Positions 29,538-37,938 of a DNA stretch of 64,000 nt are shown one piece after another. The DNA is from an uncultured Mucilaginibacter sp. Its GTDB lineage: Bacteria; Bacteroidota; Bacteroidia; Sphingobacteriales; Sphingobacteriaceae. A model generated the notes under the pieces. The model ran no database searches. It was given only the letters and a program-made list of their open reading frames with translations, and was not told where the DNA came from. Position numbers and translations under genes: made by a program. Every line of letters begins with the position of its first letter. Position 1 is the stretch's first letter. The DNA lies in contig CAITEP010000015.1 of the NCBI GenBank assembly GCA_903891475.1, positions 32,334 to 96,333 of the forward strand. Reading direction: 5' to 3'.

Positions 29538-29893
29538 GGAACAAATATATAAATAGTTTTTAAACTTTCAGTAATTATTGAAAATATATTTTTAACAATT
29601 AAACTGTTCATAAAATTAAAGTATTTGTAATTCTGTAAACCAGCTTAATGCCCCCATTTTAAAACTCTTAGTACCATCAAACATGTTTTACAAAGCAGCA
29701 CTTTCTCATTTTGTAAATAATTAATGGATAATAAAAAATCACAATCAAGCAAAAACTCTTTGCTTTTTTAAAACTATAGGGCTTATATATTTAGCATTAA
29801 TAATAAATTTGCAAAAATTGTGTTTAATAAACAGCCCTGCATCCAGATAAGGTTGTTTACGATTATTTAGTTTTTGATTATTTAATAGCTACC

Positions 29894-30919
29894 ATGTTTA
29901 AATATAGCTTAGTCACTTTATTATTCCTTTCTATCTTTTCCATCTCATTTGCGCAAGAACAAAAAAATGATACCTTAAAAAACAAAGGTGTAAAAATTGA
30001 CACCAACCTTCTTAATAAATTCAGGATTGAACCGGCAAAGAACTTGATTCCGGTAAATTACAGACCTATACAAATTAAACAGGAACTTATACCAATAGTA
30101 ATGCCAGATTATAAGATAAGTTATTGGCATAAATCGGTTATTTTCGGACTCAACTTTAACCAATCAGCTTTTACAAATAATTATAGTGCAGGTGGTGTAA
30201 GTTCAATAGCATTGGGTACAAATTTCGACTTTAAAGCCGAATATAATAAACAACCACTTGATTATACAACTGAACTTAACCTTGTTTATGGTGTATCACG
30301 CAATAAAGGACAAGGCTCTAGAAAAACAAACGACCGGATATTTTTTGACAATAAAATTGGCACTCAACTTTCCAAAAAATGGCTATTCTTTGGTTCCTTA
30401 ACATTTGAATCTCAATTCTCAAAGGGGTATAACTATACCAATCCTGATGGTACAAATGCCGACAATCCTTATATTATTTCAAATTTTATGTCGCCTGGCT
30501 ACTTTACAGAATCTGTAGGGGTTGAGTTTAAGCCCGTAAAATATTTCGACTTAAGGCTAGGTACAGGTACAGCCAGACAAACTTTAGTTTTAGATACCAC
30601 TATTTATCATAACCAAGCATCCAATTATGGCGTTCCTATAGGGCATACCTTTAAAAATGAGCTGGCTTTTCAAGCAGTTGCTGCGATTGATAAGGACTTG
30701 ATGAAGAATATACACCTAAATGCACGTTACGCATTGTTTATTCCATACCAACAATCATTGGCTTATATAAGTAATCGAATTGACGCAACTCTTACCGCTA
30801 AAGTTAACCGACTAATAGCTGTAACTATGAACGGTACATTTTTGTACGATAAAAACACCGCTGCTTCTGTGCAGGGTACCGAAGGCTTGGCACTCGGGGT
30901 AATATATAAATTTCCATAA
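29894..30919 (+). CDS. outer-membrane beta-barrel protein (DUF3078-like)
   Basis: Signal peptide, alternating beta-strand pattern and a C-terminus ending in ...GVIYKFP. Confidence 0.6.
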   Translation: MFKYSLVTLLFLSIFSISFAQEQKNDTLKNKGVKIDTNLLNKFRIEPAKNLIPVNYRPIQIKQELIPIVMPDYKISYWHKSVIFGLNFNQSAFTNNYSAGGVSSIALGTNFDFKAEYNKQPLDYTTELNLVYGVSRNKGQGSRKTNDRIFFDNKIGTQLSKKWLFFGSLTFESQFSKGYNYTNPDGTNADNPYIISNFMSPGYFTESVGVEFKPVKYFDLRLGTGTARQTLVLDTTIYHNQASNYGVPIGHTFKNELAFQAVAAIDKDLMKNIHLNARYALFIPYQQSLAYISNRIDATLTAKVNRLIAVTMNGTFLYDKNTAASVQGTEGLALGVIYKFP

Positions 30920-30973
30920 TTATATGACATAAGTAAAAGCAACAAAATCGCTTTTAGTATTTACCTTTGTATC

Positions 30974-31375
30974 GTGAAATCATCAGGTATTAAAAGGAGT
31001 TTAGATAATGTTGGGATGACTGCCTCCATACTTTGCGCAATACATTGTGCTATTGTACCTATTATGCTCACCAGTTTACCTATTTTAGGATTGGGTTTCC
31101 TAACCAACCCCTGGTTGGAGTGGAGCATGATTATTTTTGCACTTCTGATAGGCATTTACGCGATAGGAAACTCATATCTAAACCAACATCATAAATTGTT
31201 ACCCATTATTTTGCTTTTAATTGGTTTTGCAATCATTATAGGAGGTCATTTTTTAATAACCAACTGGCACGAGGCAATTGTTGTACCCATTGGAGGATTA
31301 CTAATTGCAATTGCTCACTTTTTTAATATGAAATATACGGCTACCTGCACAAATCCGCAACATAGCGGACATTGA
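30974..31375 (+). CDS. MerC-family membrane protein
   Basis: Four TM helices with a CAIHCAIVP cysteine pair in TM1. The start is uncertain (GTG at 30974 or ATG at 31016). Confidence 0.6.
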   Translation: MKSSGIKRSLDNVGMTASILCAIHCAIVPIMLTSLPILGLGFLTNPWLEWSMIIFALLIGIYAIGNSYLNQHHKLLPIILLLIGFAIIIGGHFLITNWHEAIVVPIGGLLIAIAHFFNMKYTATCTNPQHSGH

Positions 31376-31444
31376 AAGATACGAATTTAAATTATTGGAG
31401 TTTATTTAGATGATTCAAAAAAAAGTTAAAATCCAAATGTGTCT

Positions 31445-31467
31445 ATTATCATTCAACATTTGATAAT
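31445..31467. promoter_or_regulatory. Fur-box-like inverted repeat upstream of the Fur-family gene
   Basis: ATTATCA-N9-TGATAAT is a perfect 7-bp inverted repeat built from canonical GATAAT/ATTATC hexamers. It lies 42 nt upstream of the ATG at 31509. Confidence 0.4.
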
Positions 31468-31508
31468 TTTCTTTCTAATTTCGCGTATTATAATGACATT
31501 TATTTATT

Positions 31509-31952
31509 ATGCATAAAAAGGCAGCAAATACTTTTGAAGCGTTACTTGACAAGCACCATCTAAAAAAAACAGGGCCAAGATTACAAGTATTGTCAATGCT
31601 TTCATCAAAAAAAGTAGCTACTTCACAACCCGATTTAGAAAATATAATGGTTGATATCGATAGAGTTACGCTATACCGTATTTTAAACGCCTTTGAAGAG
31701 AAAGGTATAATCCATAAAGTTTTTGATTTAAACGGAACTGCAAACTATGCCATGTGTTCATCAAAATGTGGCGAAGACCATCACCACGACGAGCACTTGC
31801 ACTTTAACTGCACAACCTGCAAAAATGTTTATTGTTTGGATGAACTGGAGTTGCCTCCAATCAGCCTGCCAAAAGGATTTAAACCTACAGGTTTTACTTT
31901 ATATGCCAATGGCTTATGCCCAAAATGCAGTCTAGCAACCGAAGGGAAATAA
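31509..31952 (+). CDS. Fur-family metalloregulator (Fur/Zur type)
   Basis: Winged-helix N-terminus, a His-rich GEDHHHDEHLH segment, and two CxxC pairs (CTTC, CPKC). Confidence 0.85.
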   Translation: MHKKAANTFEALLDKHHLKKTGPRLQVLSMLSSKKVATSQPDLENIMVDIDRVTLYRILNAFEEKGIIHKVFDLNGTANYAMCSSKCGEDHHHDEHLHFNCTTCKNVYCLDELELPPISLPKGFKPTGFTLYANGLCPKCSLATEGK

Positions 31953-31989
31953 ATTCAATAAATTTATTTCCGAAAGCACCCCTTTGTAC

Positions 31990-32805
31990 ATGCCCAAATT
32001 AAAAAATAGCTTCCTCCCTATATGCTTTTTTTCAGCATTGCTTTTTTTTGCCAATTTAAGTAAGGCTCAACAAGAAATAAAACCAAGTTTTACATTTAAA
32101 ACCATTGTAATTGATGCCGGTCATGGTGGAAAAGACCCAGGAGCCCATGGTGATTATTCGTTCGAAAAAAATGTTACCCTGGCTATCGCTAAAAAAGTAC
32201 AGGCACTGGCTAAGAAAAAAATTGACAACATTAAAACCATTATGACACGCAACACCGACGAGTTTATTGAGTTAAACCAACGATCGGAAATTGCGAATAA
32301 AAACAATGCCAACCTTTTTATTTCCATTCATTGCAATTCTTCGCCAGAAGGAACAAAAAAAATAGCTAATAAAGAAAAAGGGGTATTACTTTTAGTATAT
32401 GGCTATCACCGTAAGGAGGAGCAGATGGAAGCTTTACGCGAAAATGCCTCTATTTATATCGAAAAAGATTATCAAGCTAAATATGCGGGATATACCGAAA
32501 ATGATCCATCTAGCTTAATTATATTAAACACCATGATGGCCAAATATCGCAAACAAAGCGTTTTATTTGGCGAGCTATTAAATGAAGAATTTACCCAAAA
32601 TAACGGCCGCAATAGTAGAGGGGTTAAAGAGCAAGGTGTATTAGTGCTAGCTCATAGTGGGATGCCAGCTGTTTTAATAGAAACAGGTTATATTAATAAC
32701 CCAGAGGAAGAAAAATACCTAAATTCGGAGGATGGTCAAGATGAAATTGCTAAGTCAATAATCAATGCTATAATCGCGTATCGGGCTAAAATAACCACTA
32801 AATAA
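31990..32805 (+). CDS. N-acetylmuramoyl-L-alanine amidase (Amidase_3)
   Basis: IDAGHGGKDPGA, ISIHCNS and LIETGYINN motifs with a signal peptide. I prefer the ATG at 31990. Confidence 0.9.
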   Translation: MPKLKNSFLPICFFSALLFFANLSKAQQEIKPSFTFKTIVIDAGHGGKDPGAHGDYSFEKNVTLAIAKKVQALAKKKIDNIKTIMTRNTDEFIELNQRSEIANKNNANLFISIHCNSSPEGTKKIANKEKGVLLLVYGYHRKEEQMEALRENASIYIEKDYQAKYAGYTENDPSSLIILNTMMAKYRKQSVLFGELLNEEFTQNNGRNSRGVKEQGVLVLAHSGMPAVLIETGYINNPEEEKYLNSEDGQDEIAKSIINAIIAYRAKITTK

Positions 32806-32849
32806 ATCTATTAAGAAGTTATCTCAGGTTTTATGGCATTAAATTGGAC

Positions 32850-33038
32850 TTAGTCCTTTACTAATATCAACACCTTACGCTTGCATATTGCGCATTTATA
32901 CCTTTTTAGAGGCAAAAAAAACAATGCCGTCTTAATTAAGTATCCCCTGGAAATCCGGTTCATCGTGTCCCAGTTTGATTTACCACAAGGACAAGGTTTC
33001 GAATCGATTTGGTCTTGAAATATCGCTTGTGTTCCCAT
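32850..33038 (-). CDS. small zinc-ribbon-like protein (uncertain)
   Basis: 62-aa ORF with CPCG ... CAIC cysteine pairs and no other support. Confidence 0.3.
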   Translation of the reverse strand: MGTQAIFQDQIDSKPCPCGKSNWDTMNRISRGYLIKTALFFLPLKRYKCAICKRKVLILVKD

Positions 33039-33467
33039 AATTATTCTTTAATTGTCTAATTATTGTCTAATTATTCACTTTTCTAAAAGTAGAAAATTCA
33101 AATTAAGTATTTATAACAACAATGTTAAATTTTGAAATGTAGGGATTGTTATTTTATTTATACATCCATTAGCAAGTCAAATATAGACTTTTTAGTTATT
33201 TATCAAAATAATTACATAGAAAGATATTTTTTATTTACAAAAATTACAGAAAGTATATTTGACAGAAAGCACACTCTTTTATTCCGGGGAAATATATTTA
33301 TTGAAGTTAAACGAAAATTTATAAAATTTGTTTTGAACAAGTATCAATAATAATTATTCATTACCGCTACAAATTTCCACCTTTTCCACTGGTCTGTTAA
33401 AACAAATTCTGGCTAATTACGTTTGCAAAGGATGATTTTTAGTTTAGATTTGGACAAACTTTTTTGA

Positions 33468-35702
33468 ATGGAGCGTATTAACCCCAAATATATCCGTATA
33501 GCTATTATTTCCGTATTCTGTATTATAACGGTTTTATTTATTGCAGGAATTATCATTTATAATAAGCGTGAAGCTATACTACAGCATGAAATAACCAAAG
33601 CAAAATTAAAAGCCAAGGCCGATTATAAATTAGATTTAAAGATAGGTAGCGCCCGATTTTCGGGATTAAGTACGGTTGCCTTTTCAGATATTACTGTAGT
33701 TCCATTAAACCGCGATAGCCTATTATCTATTAAACATTTTGAAGTTGGTGTAAAGTTATTGCCACTGTTAACAGGGAATTTAAAACTGGCCGAGGTAAAG
33801 CTTAAAAATGCTCATTTAAATTTAACCGACATAAATAATATAAAGAACTTCGACTGCTTTTTAAAAAAGAAGAAAGATACTACTGCGAACACCGGAAATT
33901 CTGATTTAGGAGAATTGGCTAATAATTTAATAAACCAGGTTTTATTTAAAATACCCGACGAGCTTGATGTGAGCAATTTTACGGTTTCATTTAAAAACGA
34001 TAGCGCTAGTTTCAAAATTCTCACTCAAAAAGCAATAATTGCCAATAGTAAATTAACATCAACCATCAACATAAATGATGGTTTGGCAATCTGGCATTTT
34101 GATGGTACCATGCGCCCGTCCGACAAAAATATTGATGTTAAGCTGTTTGCAGATGGCAAAAAAGTAGAGTTACCTTTTATTGAAAAGCGATTTCATTTAA
34201 AAATAAATTTTGATACGCTGAGTACCCGGCTTAGCAAGGTGGAACGCGGCGGTGGAGAAACCAGGATATATGGCTCCTGGCATGTTCGAAATTTATTGGT
34301 AAACCACCCTGGTCTGTCAACACGTGATATTATTATGCCCGATGCTGGTATCAATGCCAATGTATTTATTGGTCAACATTATGTTTCTATTGATAGTTCA
34401 TCAACAATACAACTAAAAAAAATAACCTTCAATCCTTTTGTGAAATATACCTTGTTACCAACAAAGGTTTACGAATTAAAAGTAAACACAGGCTGGCTGG
34501 ATGCTCAAAATTTATTTGATTCGTTCCCTATAGGTTTGTTCGATTCATTAGAAGGAATGAAAGTTGAGGGTAAATTAAATTATAAGCTCAACATATCACT
34601 AAATGAAGCAAATCCGGATGATGTGGTGTTTTCATCGGGACTTGAAAAGGATGGTTTTAAAATAATCAGGTATGGCAAAACAGACCTAACCATGTTAAAC
34701 AATGATTTTGTTTATACACCCTATGAAAAAATGAAACCAATGCCGCCAAGGATGATCACAGTAATTAATCCAAATTTTACCAAACTTGGCAACATGGCAC
34801 CCGATTTAAAAAACGCGGTACTTACCGCCGAAGACCCTTCCTTCTATTCAAATCATGGATTTGTTGAGGAAGCCATACGTAAGTCGTTGGCTACAAATTT
34901 TAAAACCAGGAAATTTAAACGAGGTGGTAGTACCATATCCATGCAACTGGTTAAAAACGCTTTTTTAAGCCGTCAAAAAACCCTGGCTCGCAAGGTGGAA
35001 GAAATTATGATTGTTTGGCTTATTGAAAACAACAAGCTCATGACCAAAGACCGTATGCTGGAGGTATATTTTAACATTATTGAATGGGGGCGTAATGTTT
35101 ATGGCATTGGCGAGGCAGCACATTATTATTTTAATAAAGCACCTTCGGAATTAACGTTGGGCGAAAGTATTTATTTGGCGAGTATTGTACCAAACCCTAA
35201 AGCTGGCTTATACGCGTTTTTGCCGGATGGCTCCTTAAGACCCGGTTTAATAGGTTACTTTAACCAGTTAGGAGGATTAATGGCCAGCAGAGGAAAAACA
35301 ACTGCCGACAGTACTGGTTATGGCTTTTATATGGTTAGATTGAAAGAGAGTTTACGACAAAAAGTAAAATTAGTTGATTCTGCAATGATTGATAGCCTTA
35401 TGAAACAAAACAATGAGGATGCGATGCCAGTTACAACCGAGGCTGAAAATAAACCAAGCTTTTTCCAAAAATTGTTTGCAAAAAAAGACTCCATTAAAAA
35501 AACGCCTGCAAATAAGCAAAATGATAAGAACGATAAGCAAGATTTAAATACCGAACTTGAAAAATTGCGTGATGAAGAAAGGCATAAAGAGCAACAATTG
35601 GATACCGGCAAATTAACAAGAAAAGAAATTCGGGTTGAAAGGAAACGCTTGCGTGAAGAGGAAAAGCTAAAAGAAAAAGAGCTAAAGGAAAAACTACATT
35701 AA
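33468..35702 (+). CDS. membrane-anchored GT51 peptidoglycan glycosyltransferase-domain protein with large N-terminal domain and K/E-rich tail
   Basis: GT51 motifs EDPSFYSNHGF and RGGSTISMQLVKN. No transpeptidase SxxK module is present. There is one N-terminal TM helix. Confidence 0.8.
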   Translation: MERINPKYIRIAIISVFCIITVLFIAGIIIYNKREAILQHEITKAKLKAKADYKLDLKIGSARFSGLSTVAFSDITVVPLNRDSLLSIKHFEVGVKLLPLLTGNLKLAEVKLKNAHLNLTDINNIKNFDCFLKKKKDTTANTGNSDLGELANNLINQVLFKIPDELDVSNFTVSFKNDSASFKILTQKAIIANSKLTSTININDGLAIWHFDGTMRPSDKNIDVKLFADGKKVELPFIEKRFHLKINFDTLSTRLSKVERGGGETRIYGSWHVRNLLVNHPGLSTRDIIMPDAGINANVFIGQHYVSIDSSSTIQLKKITFNPFVKYTLLPTKVYELKVNTGWLDAQNLFDSFPIGLFDSLEGMKVEGKLNYKLNISLNEANPDDVVFSSGLEKDGFKIIRYGKTDLTMLNNDFVYTPYEKMKPMPPRMITVINPNFTKLGNMAPDLKNAVLTAEDPSFYSNHGFVEEAIRKSLATNFKTRKFKRGGSTISMQLVKNAFLSRQKTLARKVEEIMIVWLIENNKLMTKDRMLEVYFNIIEWGRNVYGIGEAAHYYFNKAPSELTLGESIYLASIVPNPKAGLYAFLPDGSLRPGLIGYFNQLGGLMASRGKTTADSTGYGFYMVRLKESLRQKVKLVDSAMIDSLMKQNNEDAMPVTTEAENKPSFFQKLFAKKDSIKKTPANKQNDKNDKQDLNTELEKLRDEERHKEQQLDTGKLTRKEIRVERKRLREEEKLKEKELKEKLH

Positions 35703-35739
35703 ATTCCAAAATATTCAAGTATTACTTAATGATGACCTC

Positions 35740-35761
35740 AATATATGTTTTAACATATATT
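35740..35761. promoter_or_regulatory. 22-bp perfect palindrome (candidate operator) upstream of the nitroreductase gene
   Basis: aatatatgtt-tt-aacatatatt, ending 20 nt before the ATG at 35782. Confidence 0.4.
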
Positions 35762-35781
35762 ATTGCGCAAAAAATTGAGAT

Positions 35782-36411
35782 ATGTCATTAATAGAAAAAT
35801 TAAACTGGCGTTATGCCACTAAAAAATTCGACGCAACAAAAAAATTAAGTAAAGAACAACTGGATACGCTTTTGCATGCTATACGTTTAGCGCCTTCTTC
35901 ATATGGTTTACAATCGTATAAAGTTTTAGTTGTTGAAAACCCCGAAATAAGGGAGCAATTAAAAGCCGCCGCTTATGGCCAACCCCAATTAACAGATGCT
36001 TCGCAAGTAATTGTGTTCGCAACCGAAACGAATATTGATGAAGCATCAGTACATAAATACGTTGATAATATAGTTGCTACCCGCAATATTGACCGTTCAA
36101 TGGTAGAAGGTTATGAACAAACTATGGTAGGTACTGTAAATCGTTTACCTGACGAACAAAAAATTGGCTGGTCGACTAAGCAAACTTATATTGCTTTAGG
36201 AGTATTGCTAACAGCCGCTGCAGAAATTGGTGTAGATGCTTGCCCTATGGAAGGTTTTGAGGCCGGCAAATTTGATGAAATATTAGGTTTAAAGGAAAAG
36301 GGGCTTGCAGCAACAGTAATTGCTACTATAGGTTTCCGTGCCCACGATGATCATTATAGTCATTTGGCTAAGGTTAGAAAACCAGCTGAAGAACTATTTA
36401 TACATATTTAG
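35782..36411 (+). CDS. NAD(P)H-dependent nitroreductase-family oxidoreductase
   Basis: 209-aa ORF with RYATKKF and APSSYGLQ motifs typical of NfsB/FRase-like nitroreductases. Confidence 0.85.
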   Translation: MSLIEKLNWRYATKKFDATKKLSKEQLDTLLHAIRLAPSSYGLQSYKVLVVENPEIREQLKAAAYGQPQLTDASQVIVFATETNIDEASVHKYVDNIVATRNIDRSMVEGYEQTMVGTVNRLPDEQKIGWSTKQTYIALGVLLTAAAEIGVDACPMEGFEAGKFDEILGLKEKGLAATVIATIGFRAHDDHYSHLAKVRKPAEELFIHI

Positions 36412-36430
36412 TTTATATTATTCCATCGTT

Positions 36431-36478
36431 AAAAGCGTAAATAGCAGGTTTATACTTGCTGTTTACGCTTTTTATTTA
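36431..36478. terminator. bidirectional intrinsic terminator between convergent genes
   Basis: 11-bp perfect stem aaaagcgtaaa/tttacgctttt followed by a T-rich run. Confidence 0.65.
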
Positions 36479-36488
36479 AATAGCTGAT

Positions 36489-37901
36489 TTAATTAGGAGT
36501 TTTTCTATTCTTATTAACTCGAAAATAGTATTTCTCTAGTTTTTGGTGAAGGTATCCTTTTCTATCCATCATCCCCGAAAGTGAACTGTTTTCACGATTT
36601 TCTATGTCGCTTATTATTTTAGGTACTGCTATCCTTTGAGCACCGTAAATGCCAGTGTGCCCGCTAAATAAATAGGCAATACAGCAGGCAACCGCAAATA
36701 ATAAAACATATTGCCCCCCAAAAAGTTCTACCCCCATAAATGTACAGGCTATAGGGGTGTTAGTTGCCCCTGCAAATACAGCTATAAACCCTAATGCTGC
36801 AAACAAACTTACAGGTGCATTTAAAATACTAGCTAGTGTATTGCCAAGTGTTGCCCCGATATAAAACAATGGAGTTACTTCTCCACCTTTAAAACCAGTA
36901 CCAAGTGTAATGGTAGTATAAATAGTTTTCCATAACCAGCTCCATAGCCCGGCTCCACCGGTATTAAATGCCGATGGTATGGTTACTGCACCGGGATATT
37001 GCGCGTCGACCCCTAAACCTAAATAATCAGGCTTACCTAATAACAAGGTAATGGTTATAATGAGTAAACCACCAAAAACAGGAATCATCCATGTATACTT
37101 AAATATTCGAAGGCATATGTTTTTTATTTCGCGTACCAGTATTGCAAATACAAAACTTGCCAAACCAAATGCAATCGACGAAACAACAACTTTCCCTAAC
37201 AAAAGCATATCAAAATGCAATTTACTCTCCATAAAGTCAGGCCTTGCATTAGTTAAGGCGTCGATATGGTAAAGGGTATGATGTATATCCCAGGCATTTA
37301 CCGTTAAATCGCCAATTAAAGCCGCCATCAGTGCCGGAAGCAAAGCTTGATATTGTATTCTACCAATTGCCAATACCTCCATTGCAAAAATAGCCCCGGT
37401 TAATGGGGTACCAAAAACGGCACCAAATCCGGCGGCAACGCCTGCAATGAGGACTGTTTTTTTATCAATTCCTTGCAACTTAAACCAATCGCCAAACATG
37501 GAAGCTATGCTACCGCCAATTTGTACCGCTGTGCCTTCGCGCCCGGCCGAGCCACCAAATAAATGGGTGATAAGTGTAGTAATTAAAATAATGGGAGCCA
37601 TCCTTTTAGGTACTCCTCCACCTTCTTCATGAATTTGCTCCATAATGAGGTTGTTCCCCTTTTCGGCCGATTTACCGATGGTTTGGTATATAAAATGGAT
37701 AAGTATGCCTGCTATTGGTAATAAATACAATAACCAAGTATGGGTAAACCTGTATTGTGTTACGGCACTAAGCAACCAAAGAAACAATGCAACCATACTG
37801 CCAATAACTATACCTATTGGCAACACTAAAATGAACCATTTTATCAGGTGTTTTAGGATACCGAAGTGTTCGTTAATTGGATTATTTGAGTTGCTCGTCA
37901 T
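36489..37901 (-). CDS. ClC-family voltage-gated chloride channel / H+-Cl- antiporter
   Basis: GSAGREGT, GVAAGFGAVFGTPL and GGEVTP selectivity-filter motifs. Confidence 0.9.
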   Translation of the reverse strand: MTSNSNNPINEHFGILKHLIKWFILVLPIGIVIGSMVALFLWLLSAVTQYRFTHTWLLYLLPIAGILIHFIYQTIGKSAEKGNNLIMEQIHEEGGGVPKRMAPIILITTLITHLFGGSAGREGTAVQIGGSIASMFGDWFKLQGIDKKTVLIAGVAAGFGAVFGTPLTGAIFAMEVLAIGRIQYQALLPALMAALIGDLTVNAWDIHHTLYHIDALTNARPDFMESKLHFDMLLLGKVVVSSIAFGLASFVFAILVREIKNICLRIFKYTWMIPVFGGLLIITITLLLGKPDYLGLGVDAQYPGAVTIPSAFNTGGAGLWSWLWKTIYTTITLGTGFKGGEVTPLFYIGATLGNTLASILNAPVSLFAALGFIAVFAGATNTPIACTFMGVELFGGQYVLLFAVACCIAYLFSGHTGIYGAQRIAVPKIISDIENRENSSLSGMMDRKGYLHQKLEKYYFRVNKNRKTPN

Positions 37902-37938
37902 TGGGTTACTTGGTGTTTAAACACCGTTTTAACATCAT

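Noticed and set aside
30961-31155. 64-aa minus-strand ORF opposite the MerC-family gene
   Set aside because: It fully overlaps the MerC-like ORF, whose TM/cysteine pattern is family-typical. The antisense ORF has no support.
33132-33350. 72-aa plus-strand ORF (TTG start) in the spacer before the transglycosylase gene
   Set aside because: It has a non-ATG start, an AT-rich low-complexity translation rich in I/F/K/Y/N, and no motif. It is most likely a chance ORF in promoter DNA.
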